A stretch of DNA of 64,000 nt from Phyllosticta citribraziliensis (Eukaryota): NCBI RefSeq assembly GCF_038025025.1, contig NW_027117345.1, positions 1,178,001-1,242,000 on the forward strand, in the 5' to 3' direction. Position 1 is the first letter of the stretch, and the number at the start of each line of letters is the position of its first letter. The position numbers and the translations under genes were made by a program. Of this stretch, positions 1 through 13,025 are shown in pieces. The notes under the pieces are model-generated. The model saw nothing but the letters and a program-made list of their open reading frames with translations, searched no databases and was not told the origin of the DNA.

Positions 1-1404
1 CTCACCTGAGCTTTCCAAGTTTTGGATGGCTCTGGCGGCCAGTGACGTGAGGATTGGACCTTCGGCGGCTCTGTGAAATCTGCGGCACAGCAGACAAATC
101 TGACGAGTACTGAGATCATGTCATGATTTGTTGGAGATGCATAAGCGGTTTCGGGAAAAGCTGCCGCGAGGAGAGATGCCAACAAGCCTGCCTTTGGCGT
201 CTTTGAAAATCGGAGACGTGGTCGAAGGCGCCGAGATCGATTCGATGAAGGAGGCCAACGATCAAGGCGTTCTGCTCGAGTTGCTGGACATTGTTGACTT
301 AGTGTCGGACTTGAGGCCCTGTTTTCCTTGAGACAAGTCCGGTGTAGAAATTGGCCTGGAGACAGTGCGCAGCGGTCAGCTGTCAGGTTTTGGGATGCCG
401 TGGACGAGAAGTTCGTTCGGCTCCGCGATGAGTGCAGTCTTCTCGCGGCAATCGCCGCCTGTTACCCCTTCCAAGGGACGTTGCACCAAAGCTTCCCGCT
501 CTTTCACCACCTCAACTTCAACTCGCCCTCACCAGATGGACTTGCTCGCTGGTCTCAATTTCAAGATTGATTCTTTCGCCCAGGATACCATCACAAGCAA
601 GGAAGTTCCATCGTCTCTTCTCACCGCTCACCTGGTCGGCCGACTCGTATCACCGGCAGCCTCGCGCGAAGAGGTTCTAGTCCCACCGGCTGCGGCGTTT
701 CGGCGTAAAAACCCACGAGCCCAACGGCCAAAAGGCCCCAACCGAACCATCACACGACCCGACTCGACGCCGTAATAGGCCTTCCGGCAAAATTGACAGG
801 AAAAATGTCGTGAGCGGCTTTGGTACCGGCATGTCGTGGCCATCCGGGGCGGTCTTGGCGGCCGGTTTTGGGTGGACCACCGCGCACACTCCCCCACGGG
901 GCTGGCCTGGCCCCCCAATTTCCCCATACAGCTTCGTCACCTTCACACTCCGACGTCTTGTGAGTAATGATGTTGCAGGCGGCATCCTGATTTGGGAAAC
1001 CCGCCCATGGGATACTGATTCCGCACGCGCGCTCGGGCGTTTTCCCAGCAAAATACTAAAGCCTGCCTGACAGCTGCTTCGGGCGCGTACGCGTGAGGTG
1101 ACATGGCTCGTCTGCCTTTCCATTCTGCTGCTGTTCAAGATTCCCGTCACGTCCAGTGAGTTGTAATCCTTTTCGAGGTGAGTGGTTTTTTGATTTTTCT
1201 TCTTCCCACCCGACAACTTCTTGAAGAAGCCCCTTTCGTACAATGCGACATAAAACTCATTAAATCCAAACGCGATGCTGAAGTATGCCTTCCAAGATTC
1301 GCTCCAAAATTCATGCGACAAAAGAAAACGGGCGAATGCGCCGCGAAACGCCTCGCCAACAAATCAAAACTTGATCAACATATCCATCGTCGTGGCATGC
1401 ACCT

Positions 1405-3248
1405 TTAGTGCTGCGGAACCGACAGCTCAGCGCCTGCCTTCTCATCCTCAATCTCGCTGACCTCCTCCTCGGACGCCTCCTCGGACGCAGCAGTGCTCTG
1501 CGCAAGCTTGGACCTGGCACGAATGGCAGGGCCGTACTTGTACACGACGAAGGGGATGAACGTCAACAGGACGGCAACGAGCGAGAGCAAAAGGCCAGCC
1601 CACTGCGAACCCAGGTTGTGGAAGAACTGAGATCCGAACAGCGGCGACACGGCACCGAGAGTGTTACGCATAAGACCCTACCAAAGTCAGCAATTGTGTC
1701 ATGAGTCGGAAAACAAGGCTCAGCTTACCTGTCCAGCAATGGCAGACGAAGAGTTGGTGCCGTAGCAGTCGGCAGTGAAGGAGTAGCACGACTCAAAGAT
1801 GAAGAAGATGCCAATGGCAATGAGTGCCAGGCCAACGACGGGACCCATCCAGTGGACGAACGCGTACTGCGTGTACGTGTAGATGAAAAGACCGATCGGA
1901 AGGAAGGGCGCGCCGAAGAGAGCACCATACAGACGGGCCTCGGGCTCGACCTGGCCGTTGTTCGCCTTGACGAGAGCCTCGTACCTCTTGATCTGGAAGA
2001 AGTTGGCGCCGTATCCGATGGTGGTGCCAAGGCAGAGCGAGATGTACGGAAGACCAGCTGTGCTTCGTTAGCGGACGTCATCAAAGTGTGAGTGGAAAAC
2101 TTACCAATACCCTCGCTCCATCCATGGTTCTCTTGGAAGGTGATGGGAATGACCGACAAGAACAGGAAGGTCAAGAACCAAGCGAACGAGATCCAGAGAC
2201 CGAAAGCCAAGACGACACCCTCGGATGCCAACATCTTGATGGCCTTGACCGAGGAAGCGTTGAGCATTTGCTTAATGTCCTTGGCGATGAGTTCCTGCTC
2301 GGCCTTGTAGCGCTGGTCGTTGGTCGTAGCACGGAGCTGCTTCGCACGTGCCGCGAGCGTGACGCCACCGCGAGTCTCCCGGAAGAAGATGACGAGGACA
2401 ATGAGGAGAGGAATACAGGACAGACCCTGGATACCCTCGATCCAGCGCCAGCCAATGGTCTCGTCGATGAATCCGGCGTAGATGGGAGCGCCGACCGTGC
2501 CGAGAATTGCGACGTAGGAGAAGAGGGCCATGGCGCGCGAGCGCTCCCTGGGCTCAAACATGTCATCAAAGGTACCGCCGACGAGGATGGTGCCGACGCA
2601 GCCAAAGAGACCCAGGAAGGCACGCATGACGAGAATTGTTGCAATGTTCTTGCCGAGGGCCAGACCGATGAAGGTGATGCAGAAGCAGCAGTAGGCTCCC
2701 ACGTAAATGACCTTGCGACCAACCAGCTCACAGAACGGAGCCAGAAACATGGGAGACATGGCGCAGATGAAGTTGAAGAAGAACAGACCCAACTGGCCGA
2801 GCTCATCTGAGACGCCAAAATCCGAGCACATGCTGCTGATACCGGAACTGTACGCCGTCGTTGCCAGACCAATCGTGAGCGTCATGAGACAGAGCAGCCA
2901 TGACATGAACCACTTCTTCGCGTTGGGCCAGTTGAATGGATTCTCCTTGTCGCCGGGCGCAAACGTGAGGAGGACGAACTCCTCGCCATCCTTGTGGACG
3001 ATTTCGGTGTATGTAAGAGGCATGTCGCATTCCACCTCTTTTAGGGGACCATGGCCGGTGCCCGTGGTCGCCTCCGCGTTGACGGCCTCGAGGTACACAC
3101 CGCCAGCGACGCGGCCCCTGACTTTCCCGTGGCCTTTGGTTGTCGGCATTCCGTTGTCGCTCGAGGTCTGAGAGGAGTCGGCGTTGTGTTGCTCCACCCA
3201 GGACACTTCGTTGCCGTTGTTTGGTTCGGCCTTGTTCTGAGGCGCCAT
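1405..3248 (-). CDS. MFS transporter, DHA1 (drug:H+ antiporter-1)-like; 3 exons (introns 2058-2104, 1678-1728)
   Basis: ATG at 3248 (MAPQNKAEP). Motifs ENPFNWP..KKW, APFCELVGRK, GGTFDDMF, GWRWI and many hydrophobic helices. Both introns have GTAAG donors, GCTAAC/GCTGAC branch sites and YAG acceptors, and splicing joins ORFs 1725-3362 and 1405-1671 through the middle exon; TAA at 1405-1407. Confidence 0.9.
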
Positions 3249-6200
3249 GGTATTAATATTGAACGAGATGGGCCTTGAGGGGAATGTTATCAGACGATCC
3301 AAGAGGGGGAGTCCTGGGAGGAAGAAGATATATAAGGTGAGGGCGGAAACCAAAGGAGGCAAGCTTTCTCAGCTCTCCCGACTTTTGCGAGCGGGCATCA
3401 AAGTCGACAGCCATGGCCATGGTCAGGTCCCCCGATGACGTCCCAGCTTCGAGTGGCAGTCGGAAGGTCACTGCCAACCGGGGCGGCAACGGCGTTCGCT
3501 GTATCCACCACCGCGGGCGCGAATCTGGCCACTGCGGACGCTTCTCGGGAAGCATTGGCTGACGCCGGATGGCAGGTGGATCGAGGACTCGGCACCGACA
3601 AATCCGGTGGGCCTTTTACACTTGTCCGCCGCAATGGTGCCGAAGCCCAAGCACTCTTCTAAGCACCTTTACGGTTATGTCAGCCATCTGCGTCTGAGCA
3701 TTTCATGCTGATCAGACGATCCAACAACCAGATCTCGAGCCTGATGCAGGGCGGCAGCACCCGAACCCAGTCCTGGAAGCCGCACTTGTTGCAAGGAGAG
3801 ATGGAATGTCCCAAGGCCAGCGGACTTGAGAGTCCAGAATTCTCAGGCCGATCTCATAAAGGTGACCAAGGACGACACCTGTTTCCCACTCTATCAAACG
3901 ACTCTCTGTCATCGGCTAACGCCTTCTGTCGTTAGAACTACGCCGCTCCTGGAACGTGCCAAGGCAGGACACGCTGTGGGCCTGCCAAAAAAGACGCCTT
4001 CCGCCGTGCCGCTGCTCAATGCAGTTGCTGCGTCTCTCGCTCCCTGTCCTAGACGTTGCTACGGCAGACGCCTTTCCCGTTCGTGCTTTTACACCACGAC
4101 CTTATCATGATCTTCTCACGACTCTAGCGTGATGGAACAGTCGAGGCCGCCGGCCTGCATTCGGCAGGACCTTGTGATCGTTCAAAATGCGATGCCGGTC
4201 GGCAAGGACAGCTCCGCCACGCTCCCCAGAACCCCAGGTGTCCAAGTATAGCATCCTCCCGGCGGCTGCTTAGGAATTTTCACGGTCACGACGTTTCTTG
4301 GAGACGAAACTTCGCTCTCGACTGTTCTCCGGCCCTGTTGTGGAGGTGCGAAAACGCAAAGACAGCAATCTAGACGCCCGCTAACCCCCTACCATGCCAC
4401 TTCTCGCACAGTGCTGTAGGGGTCTTTTGTGGGCTGATGGGGCTTGCTCACCAAGCGACTCCGGACCTACTGCCTGACGCTGTGCTCGCAACGCCCATGG
4501 GGAGCCCACAGCAACTCCTCATTTCCTCCATGTTTTGCGCATATCTCCATATTCCCCAGCCACACCGCGCAGCCTGGGGAAACGCGAAGACTGTGTGTCT
4601 CGTAGCATAGCGAGAGGACTCGCGACAAGAGCTGTAAGCAGCAGCTGTTCGTCTCCGTATGCCAACACAGCCATTCGCCCTATTGGCACTGGACCGTGTG
4701 GTGGCAATCTCAGCCGACGCATCCACCGCGTGACGTCAGTCCGTTCCTCTTGGCCGAGTCGCTCTCAAAAAACCAGCAGGAGGCCGTCGACCATTACCTA
4801 CGCGTCAGGTGGGCAAGTGCCGATATTTGCCAACCCCATCTTCATTTCCTTTGCTTTCCCCGGAGGAGTTGCGCGCGAACCCACGTTTGGGGGCTGTTTT
4901 GGCCTTCCTGCACGAAAGACGGCGCCGCTCCTTTCTCGGCCACGGCCACGTCGCAAGGTCGCAAGGGTCGGAGTCGTCATCCTAGAGTTCGAACAGGCCC
5001 GCAGCTGCGCACACCGCCGTTGAGGACACGAGACACTCAACAACATGTTGTGTGATCTTGCATGTCGATTCTTGATGCCCTTCGGCGGAGCTTCTCACAC
5101 TCTTCTTCCCCAAACGAGGGGTAACGCCCGCAGTCGACTTCTCCACGATGGCACCATTTTCCGGAGTCAGTCGCCCATGGGGTTGGAGTCTATGCGCCTT
5201 TAAAACTCTGACTGGGACACGTGAGAGCCGATTTCGCTGATGCACCTGCAGCGCGGCAGAGGATGATATTCGCAGCGGTCAAACGACTCATAATTGGGTC
5301 GCAACGTGCGAATTCACGGTAGGTTGGTTCTCCTGCATTGCGTCCACTTTTGACGGCCTCGTCGATTCGCATCGGTCGGCAGAGAGCGGCACATTGATCG
5401 TGACGTTGTTTTGCCGAAAAAACGCCATGTTACGAAACACTTGTCGGAATCGGAATTCCACGGTTCTTGTTACCATTACCTTGGCAGCCCCCCGCCAACA
5501 ACTAACTTCACGCCTCGTCTGGAGATCAGGGACAGGTCGGACGTGTACCTGATACTCTGGCCACTTTTTGTCCGCCCTTCGACGTCATGAAGACAGAGAT
5601 TTCCTGGGCTCCCTCCCTGCGATGTTTGTTTACTGAACCACGCAGCGATGGGCAACGGCGCCACATCCGTCGTCTTCTCAGCCTCTGACGAAGGTCCCTA
5701 CCGTGATTACCATTTTACATCCATTGGCAAGTCCAGAACCACGTGGTAGGTGCTAGCAAAGTGTGTTCTTTGATCCTGGGGTTTGGTTCGACGTTCGCTT
5801 CAATTTCATGTTCGCTCCTTGTACCTTTATGTATAAACCATCTCCAATGATATCTCTACCCTGTACATGCTGAGAGTGTATTAGTTTCCCGTCAATCCAG
5901 GTGCGGTTGGCATTTGAATGTCGAACGGAACCCCATGAGATGATTTAGAGAGACACTTCGACCACAAATCACCGTCAAAATCATCGTCAAATCATCAACT
6001 TCGACCATCACCAGACCACTGGAAGCTCGTCATCACTGGAATTGGAATCATGCCTGTTTCCAAATCCGTCGACGAGTCAGTTGAACCTACACAGCTGCGC
6101 AATTCTTAGTCAGAACCTTTTGTTCCGTACCACAGGTACGAGGCCAGGGGTCAGGGACCAACGCAAAATTTTTCAAGTCGCCACCTTCTGTGATGTCATT

Positions 6201-6297
6201 GCCCAGCTTCAACATGACCTTCAATCTGAGAAGTGGGCTTTGTTTGTTTTATTTGTTACATATAAGTATTGTACAAGCTGGCAAGCTTTTCATCTTT

Positions 6298-6378
6298 GGC
6301 GCTTTGGCTGAGTGGTTATAGCGATAGACTAGAAATCTATTCCCTTCGGGGGCAAGAGTTCGAATCTCTTAGGCGTCG
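6298..6378 (+). tRNA. tRNA-Ser (anticodon AGA), intronless, long variable arm
   Basis: Acceptor stem GGCGCTT/AGGCGTC, A-box TGGCTGAGTGG, anticodon stem ATAGA/TCTAT with loop CT-AGA-AA, variable arm CCC-TTCG-GGG, T arm AAGAG-TTCGAAT-CTCTT, discriminator G; T-run downstream near 6406. Confidence 0.95.
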
Positions 6379-9300
6379 ACAGCTTGTGTGCCTTGCGCAC
6401 TTTCCTTTTTGGTTTTGTCTTTTGTTGGTTGTGGGTGTTGAATTGGTGGTGTTGTGGAGGGGTGGGGACCTAAGGGGGCGGGTTAGCTGTAAGCGGGCCC
6501 CAGCACCGACCTTTTTGGTGAGACGAACACAAACACAAAAGGGCGACCGCGAACGTCAAAACGGGTTACCGAAGCGAGCAAATGCAAGGGAGTCAGCCGG
6601 TCTGTTGTCAGTCTAGGAGACGGGGGCCGCATCGGCACTCGGTCGAAAAACGAACGACGAGCTCCTTCGCCCTTCTTTCGTCGGCACCGAACGAAAAGGC
6701 CGTAATGGGGAGATGAAGACCGTGCAGCAAACCGTCGTCCGAACGAACTCGTCCTTTGTTGCTCGCCTCGTTTTTCCGGCGCTTGGATGGCCTTTTGGAC
6801 CGCAGCCGCGCGCGAGCGCGACAGCTCACGGCAGCAACAGTCACGCGGCCAGTTCAGGTCCTGCATTCTCCATCATTTTTTGCCCCGCTTCCCCGAGGAC
6901 CGTGACGGCTTCATCCTCGCCAGCAGCACAGCACGGCAAGAGGAGGTAAAGCTGTTGCGTGCGGCTGCCGGCCCGCCGTTTCGTCGTTGTTGTCCGCTTC
7001 ATCTCCGAAGGCCGCGATGTGCGCATGCGCGAGGGACGTGAGATGCTCCTTTTCGCCGGGTAGGCAGGCAGGCTCTACTGTGCGCGTGAGCGAGGCCGAG
7101 GACTATAGGTTCTGGGCGCGCTGATGAATCTGTGATTTGTCTGCCGTGGGCAGCGAAAGAATGCGAGGTGGAGCAGGAGGCGTGGAGTGATTGGGACTGG
7201 GGGAGTGGGTGCGTTGGTGGCTCGACAGTCAGGATGGGTGGGCATCGGAAGAGATGGTTCGATTCGACAGCCTTGTATTTTTCGTTCGCGGGCGCTTCTT
7301 GTCTTTGCTTCTTCCTTTGCTCCGGATCTTGTCACTGTCTTCTGTTGTTTTGTTGAGCCTTGCATGTTTGTCCATCTGCGCTGTGCATTGATTGTCCCGT
7401 TCTACTGGACTCCTTTCCAGCGCTGTCCTTCACTTTCCATGCGCTTCATCCAACAGCATTGTCGCCAGTCACCTGTCGGCCTTTCCTTCTGGTTCAGTGC
7501 GTCCAATTCTTTCATTCTTTCCGTAGGCCAAGCGTGCTACTTCGCGAGCCGCCCCTGACCTTCTTTGCGGGGCCATATTTCTGCTTGTTTTAGTATTATT
7601 GACAGGCATAGGTCATCCACAAAGACCAAACCTTCCTCTAAACCGATGGAGAGAAACTTGGAAGCAGATGGTACGAAACAGCACACCTTTCGAGTCGCCG
7701 ACGAGCCATGCTTGTCCACGTCGTCCGTCTATGAAAGCGAATTGCGAATATCCTACCTCGTAGCACCGTATCCACCACAAGACCCCCGACTGCTGGCACT
7801 TTGGTTTCGAGAGTGCGCCTTCCACCATTGCGTAACAGTCCACTGTCGACATTGACGTCCCTTGGTCAGAGACACAATTCTACAGTACATCCCACTTGCC
7901 CGAAGGACTCGATCGGATGAGTCAGTGCCCATAATCCGCTTGACTTTCACACCTGTCGCTTGGGTAGAGAATACGGCGTGTTGACCGACATGTTTTGGAA
8001 CCAGCAGTGCCTCGCCATGGATTTCAAAAGAATGGTAAATATCTGAGTGCAACCGTGGTGATGAACGACAGCCTCCATCAGTCCAGCCGCATGGCTAAGG
8101 GCTGTTACTTGTCTTGAAGTCAACCATACCGCCTCCTGATGGATTGCTCACTTGCTCCTGGGCTGCTGTGAGGTCTATACGTGATGCAGTGTGGAACTGA
8201 GATGCGCTCTGCCACACGCTTCGAGTTGTCGCATGGCATGCATGCGTTCAACAGGAACCAGTGCTTCCATCACCACCAGAGATCGTCTGCATACCCTTTT
8301 AGTACTGTCGTCCAGTTGGGTTGAGCGAGGTCATTATGTGCCGCAACCAATTTATTTACCACTCGACACAGTCCTCTCCACTGCCGCCCTCTTGCGGCTG
8401 TGTGATCGTGATTCCGTTGGCTCTTTCTCCTTTCAACGTTCAACTGCAACGAATTCCGTTGCGAATCCTTGCAGTTTCTTCTCCTCTTTGGTTTCCGATC
8501 CCCTATTGTCCGCAATGATGTGCTGCAACCACCACAGTTTAGTGAACTATAACTCTCCATTGGCTTGTCATTGTTCGTATGTCATGGGGAAATCGCCCAC
8601 CAACTTGGGGAACTCGTCTTCCCACTGGTCAATCACATGTTGAGGCGTCATCTCATCGATTGGACCGCCACTCTGGGCCGGTCTCCAGTCCACTGGGTAT
8701 TCCAGCCTTGAAGCATATCAGAAAGCCGCTTGCTCCTCAGCGTCGGTCGGGTGGTGCTTGTCTTTTATCCTTCCGGGGCGCGGCACTCCCGGCTCTAGCT
8801 GAGCGACAAACACCTGTTCGAATGCCACTTCGAACGGTTCAGCGAGCATCTCCTGACTAGCAGGCCTTCGGGAGGTTGTTTTGATATACCGAGCTCCAAG
8901 TCGCTTGTTCTCAACGGCAAACGTAGTAGGACTGGCTGATTCCTCTGCCATGAACCATCTGGGCCAACACATTGACCGGCGTTGTCTTCGGTGGGTGAGA
9001 CGTCCTGCTAAGTAATCGCGGTAGCGGACAACAGCATCCTAGGCGCAGCTGTGATTGTGGACGAATGCTCCCTGGATGCAGCCGCAGTGTGAGGAGGTAT
9101 TGTTTGTTTCGATACCCTCCTCTATACTGCTTTTCATGAAGATCCTGGTCGAGCGGTTGGGTGTCAGTACGTATGCTAATGATCTGTTAATGGGAGCGAC
9201 TTCATCTGGATGCTGGGTGTTGAAGTGCTTTTCTGGGGCATAATTTGATTTTGGTCAAACCTGTCAAGCACAAATGCGCAGTGTTTGGATTTGTTGTTGA

Positions 9301-9482
9301 ATGAAGCCACTGAATTTTTTTGAGATGGATACCTTGAACCGAAATCAAATGTCTGATAATATATGAAAGCAAACGCCGTCATGTCCGCCTGTTCACCTCC
9401 AGGGCAACCTGACCCCAAGTCTATCAACACAATCTCCACATGATGAGGCAATCCTGCTGCCTCACCTCTCAAGGCGTAACGC

Positions 9483-10896
9483 TCAAGCAGCGCTGGGCGT
9501 GCCGCTGGGCATGGTTCCATTTGTGGTGCCGTTGCCGCCGCCCATGCCACTGCCACCAATGGCCGAGTCCTCGTTCTCGTGTCCGCCGTCAGCCTGGTAG
9601 TACGCCGCAACGCTGTAGTAGTCGTCGTCGATGTAGTTGGCCGTCGTGTTGATGCCGATCTGGATCCAAGCGAAGAGGCCGTCGTCGACCTCGTCGCCGA
9701 GGTACACGTACTCGGGAAAGGGGTCGTAGGTGGTGCCGGCCTGGACGACTGTGATGGTAAGATCATTAGCTACTTTATATCGACCACAGGAGGAGAAAAA
9801 CGCACTATCCCACATGTCTTCCGAGTTGGAGGTGACGGCCTGCGTGTTGGTGGTGTAGGGGTAGACGGCCTCGACGGCGGAGCGCAGCTCCTCGTTCCAG
9901 AACACCTGTCCGATGTGCGTGATGTTGTTGGTCGTCGTGATGGTGTTGTTGGGCTGCACCGTGACGTTCATGTGCGCCAGAAGGTGCGTGTGCGTCGCGC
10001 GTCCGTCGTAGTGGCCGGGGAAGATGGTCTCGAAGGCGACGACGCCGTCCTTGTCCGTCGCTTGGATGCCGCGCAGGTACGTGCTGTTGAGTCCGTCGGC
10101 TGCATAGTTGCCGCTGCGATGCCACCGTTAGTTCTCCGTTTGTTCTCGAGCAGTCCCCTGGGCCATTTTTCCTACATTGATGTGTAAGAAGACGGAGGAA
10201 GGCCTACCTGGTGGAAATTCCAGAGTAGACACCCGTAGCGTTGGCATTCCAGATGTCGACATAGACGCCAGGCACACCCTCGCAGGTCTCGACGTCAACG
10301 TACTGCACCTCGAGGTACAAGTCCACGCCGTCCGAGTACTGGTCCTCCTTGACATTTTTCCGAATCATCTCGCCCGTGACGTAGTAAGGTCCGTCGGTGA
10401 CCTCGGGCGCGAGAATGCAGCTGGTGTTGCCACCAAAGATGATGTTTGCATCCGTTTGGGCGTCGTAGTTCGAGATGCCAGTCATGTTGTGGTTGATGGC
10501 TTCATACTCTTCGAGGGTTGCGAGGTCGCGGCGGAACTTCTTGGGCTCTGTTTGACATTAGCCCATATTCTTGTTCTCCTCTCCCTTTTTCATTCTCTTT
10601 TCTCGTCTCTCATTTTGCCGTTGCGGGTTTGACATACTGGCAGTAATTCCACGCTTCTGGCGCAGTTGCTGAGCCACCTGGGCGCGACGAGCAATTGAAC
10701 GGGCCTTGAGTTGCTGGGCCTTGGGCGAGGAGGCGCAGTTGTCGAGGCCACGCTTTGCGTGCGAAGCCATGTGCTCGCGGGCAGCAATTTGACGCTTGAC
10801 GATATCATGGTCGTGCTTCTCTCCTGGATGAGCACCAGCCGAGGCGAAGAGCGCGGCAGCAGTGAGCGCGCCAGTGATTTTGGAAATTTGAACCAT
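9483..10896 (-). CDS. Secreted intradiol ring-cleavage dioxygenase-like protein; 4 exons (introns 10548-10637, 10114-10207, 9749-9805)
   Basis: N-terminal signal peptide (MVQISKITGALTAAALFASAGAHPG). Motifs CILAPEVTDGPYY, VDIWNANATGVYSG, YLRGIQATD, FPGHYDGRATHTH carry the Tyr/Tyr/His/His iron ligands typical of intradiol dioxygenases; canonical splice sites. Confidence 0.88.
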
Positions 10897-11024
10897 GGTG
10901 GTGAGCAAAGATGACTTAAAATCAACGCGGTAAAATCGCTCGTTTTTCTGGAGGAAAAAAAAGACTGGGCTGGAGCTGAGCGGATGATGGAAAAAATCGT
11001 CGTCTCGTTCATTTCCAAAGCCTT

Positions 11025-11034
11025 CTTTATAATT
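11025..11034 (-). promoter_or_regulatory. Putative TATA box of the dioxygenase gene
   Basis: TATAAAG on the minus strand about 130 nt upstream of the ATG at 10896. Confidence 0.45.
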
Positions 11035-13025
11035 GTTCGTGGGCGTTCTGCTTGCTCCTGTGTTTTGCTGGTGGTGCTCGAGCCATCTCGACTATACGTA
11101 CCCCCCCGGCCACTTGTCGTCGTACGCTTCCATGGGCGGTGGGCCGGGCACCGCCCCTAATCGTAAAGTCGCCGACCTAACATTTGGAATGCAACGCTGC
11201 CCATTGGACAGAATGCGCCAGAGGTCCACGTTGGGGAATGCCGATCTGGTTGTACACTGTGGTGTCCATGGTCGAGGCTGCATGAGTGTAGTTCATCAGG
11301 AAGCGTGCAATTCGCGCCGATGGCACAGATCAAGTTGCTCTTTCCGATTTTGTAGGGGGCCTGAACTCAGCACCTCCATCTTCTTTCCAAAGTTCAATTG
11401 CCTTGATCATGGACTTTTGCTCCACGGCGTATTCCAATCCTATTCAAAATTCAGTGCCGTCGAGTAGAAATGCCAAGATGAGAAATAGGCCCATCTTGGG
11501 GTGCAGAACCAATCATCTGGGGCCGTTGTAATGTGATCAGTGCAACGCGTCATTCCTTTCCTTCTGCGGCGAACATCGTTGAATGGGAGAGCGTTTGATT
11601 CGCCGAGCCCCACGAAAAGGCGTCAAAGCGGCAGCACTTGCTTGCGCGTACAACTGTCTCGACCACAGCCATCTTTCTCGCGCGTAGTGTAGACAGCCTT
11701 ACGCCAAGATATCTTTTCGTAGAGACGAAACAGCGCCGCAGGATCAGCCTCTAAGAGCCTCGATTGAGCAAGTTCGGACGGCTATACAGATCCACGCGGA
11801 TGAGGGACCATTCGGATGAGGGATGACAGCACGTTGAGGCAATTGTTGGTGAGCGGATAACTTCTGGGGTTTTCAAAAAGCCGGCGACAAAACTCTTACT
11901 TTACTTTTGGAGGACACTGCATTATCGCATTTTATCTCTTTAGTCCATCAAAGCCTGGGGAGTGTTTCTGAAGTTTTTCCGATAGTCGAGACCAATGACC
12001 TGGAGGCGCATTGCTAATGCGCGTCACCGCCTCCATCCTGCGCTAGGACGAACCGCCATTCCAGCCGCTGGCCGGCAGTCTCGATGGCATGTGCCGTCCT
12101 GAAAAAGGCGTCGAGCGCAGTGTTTTGCGGGGTGGCTTTGACGATGTGGCTTCGAGACGTGCGTGGCATTGCGTGCTGCTGTCACACAGGGAGGTTTCCG
12201 GCAAGTCCCTGGAATTGCCGAAGGTACCTCGCCATATTGGAGACCGAGGTCGGTTGCAGCCCGAGGTATGGACTCAGGCACGACTAATGGAGACCTTTTT
12301 GATTGAGCTTCCGCGGAGATGGTCGAGTCGAGGTTTCCAATCCACGTTCGCCCGTCTTTGCTGACCCAGAGCTTCTCCTGGGTGCCATGGAAAATTTTGA
12401 TCGAAGGGCGAGCTGTTGCGCATTTCTCACAAAGTTCAACTGGACTGAGCAGGGCATGGGAGACTATTGACTCTTTATAGGCGCCTTCATTTCCAGTTTG
12501 CCACTCCCGTCCTCGGTTCTCAGAGATCTCCTGCGTACTGTCGATAACTCCGAAGGGGTACTGCTTTGAAGGCCGAGAGCCCGGACCGCCCTGGTATCGA
12601 CGGCGAAAACGATCAGGGATCGTTTGGTGCCAGCCAGGTGAGGTTCAATGGTCGACGACTTAAGCTTTCTTGGCCGGGTACACGGCAAAAGGCAAGGGAC
12701 CCTCGCTGAACACCACATAGATTCTTGGCTTCGAACATCGGCACACTTGATGTAGTTGGATATCGGTTTGATTTGCTATGGGATCTCACGATCTATACGG
12801 ATTGAAGAGGCCCGTTGCGCCGTGATGACCTTGGCGTTGCGAACCTGTAGCCTTCTTGAGCAAAGTCGAGATATTTCATGCGTGGTCTTTCATGCCTTGA
12901 TGCCAGAGAAAAAGAAAAGGCAAGGTGGGGGAATCTGAAATTGAAGACCAGGTCAGGAACCAAAAGAAATTGAGAATCGCGCAAACATCAGAACCCCCAA
13001 CGCCATCGTATCGTAAGCCGTCATT

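Noticed and set aside
1..1321. ORFs 128-331, 365-775, 677-1321 and a minus-strand frame open to the window edge
   Set aside because: No recognisable motif or consistent splice model; it may belong to a gene extending beyond the window but cannot be supported.
3300..9400. Short ORFs around the tRNA (e.g. 4535-5023, 7753-8052, 8191-8643)
   Set aside because: No domains, codon bias or credible exon chains; no integrase, LTR or target-site duplication next to the tRNA.
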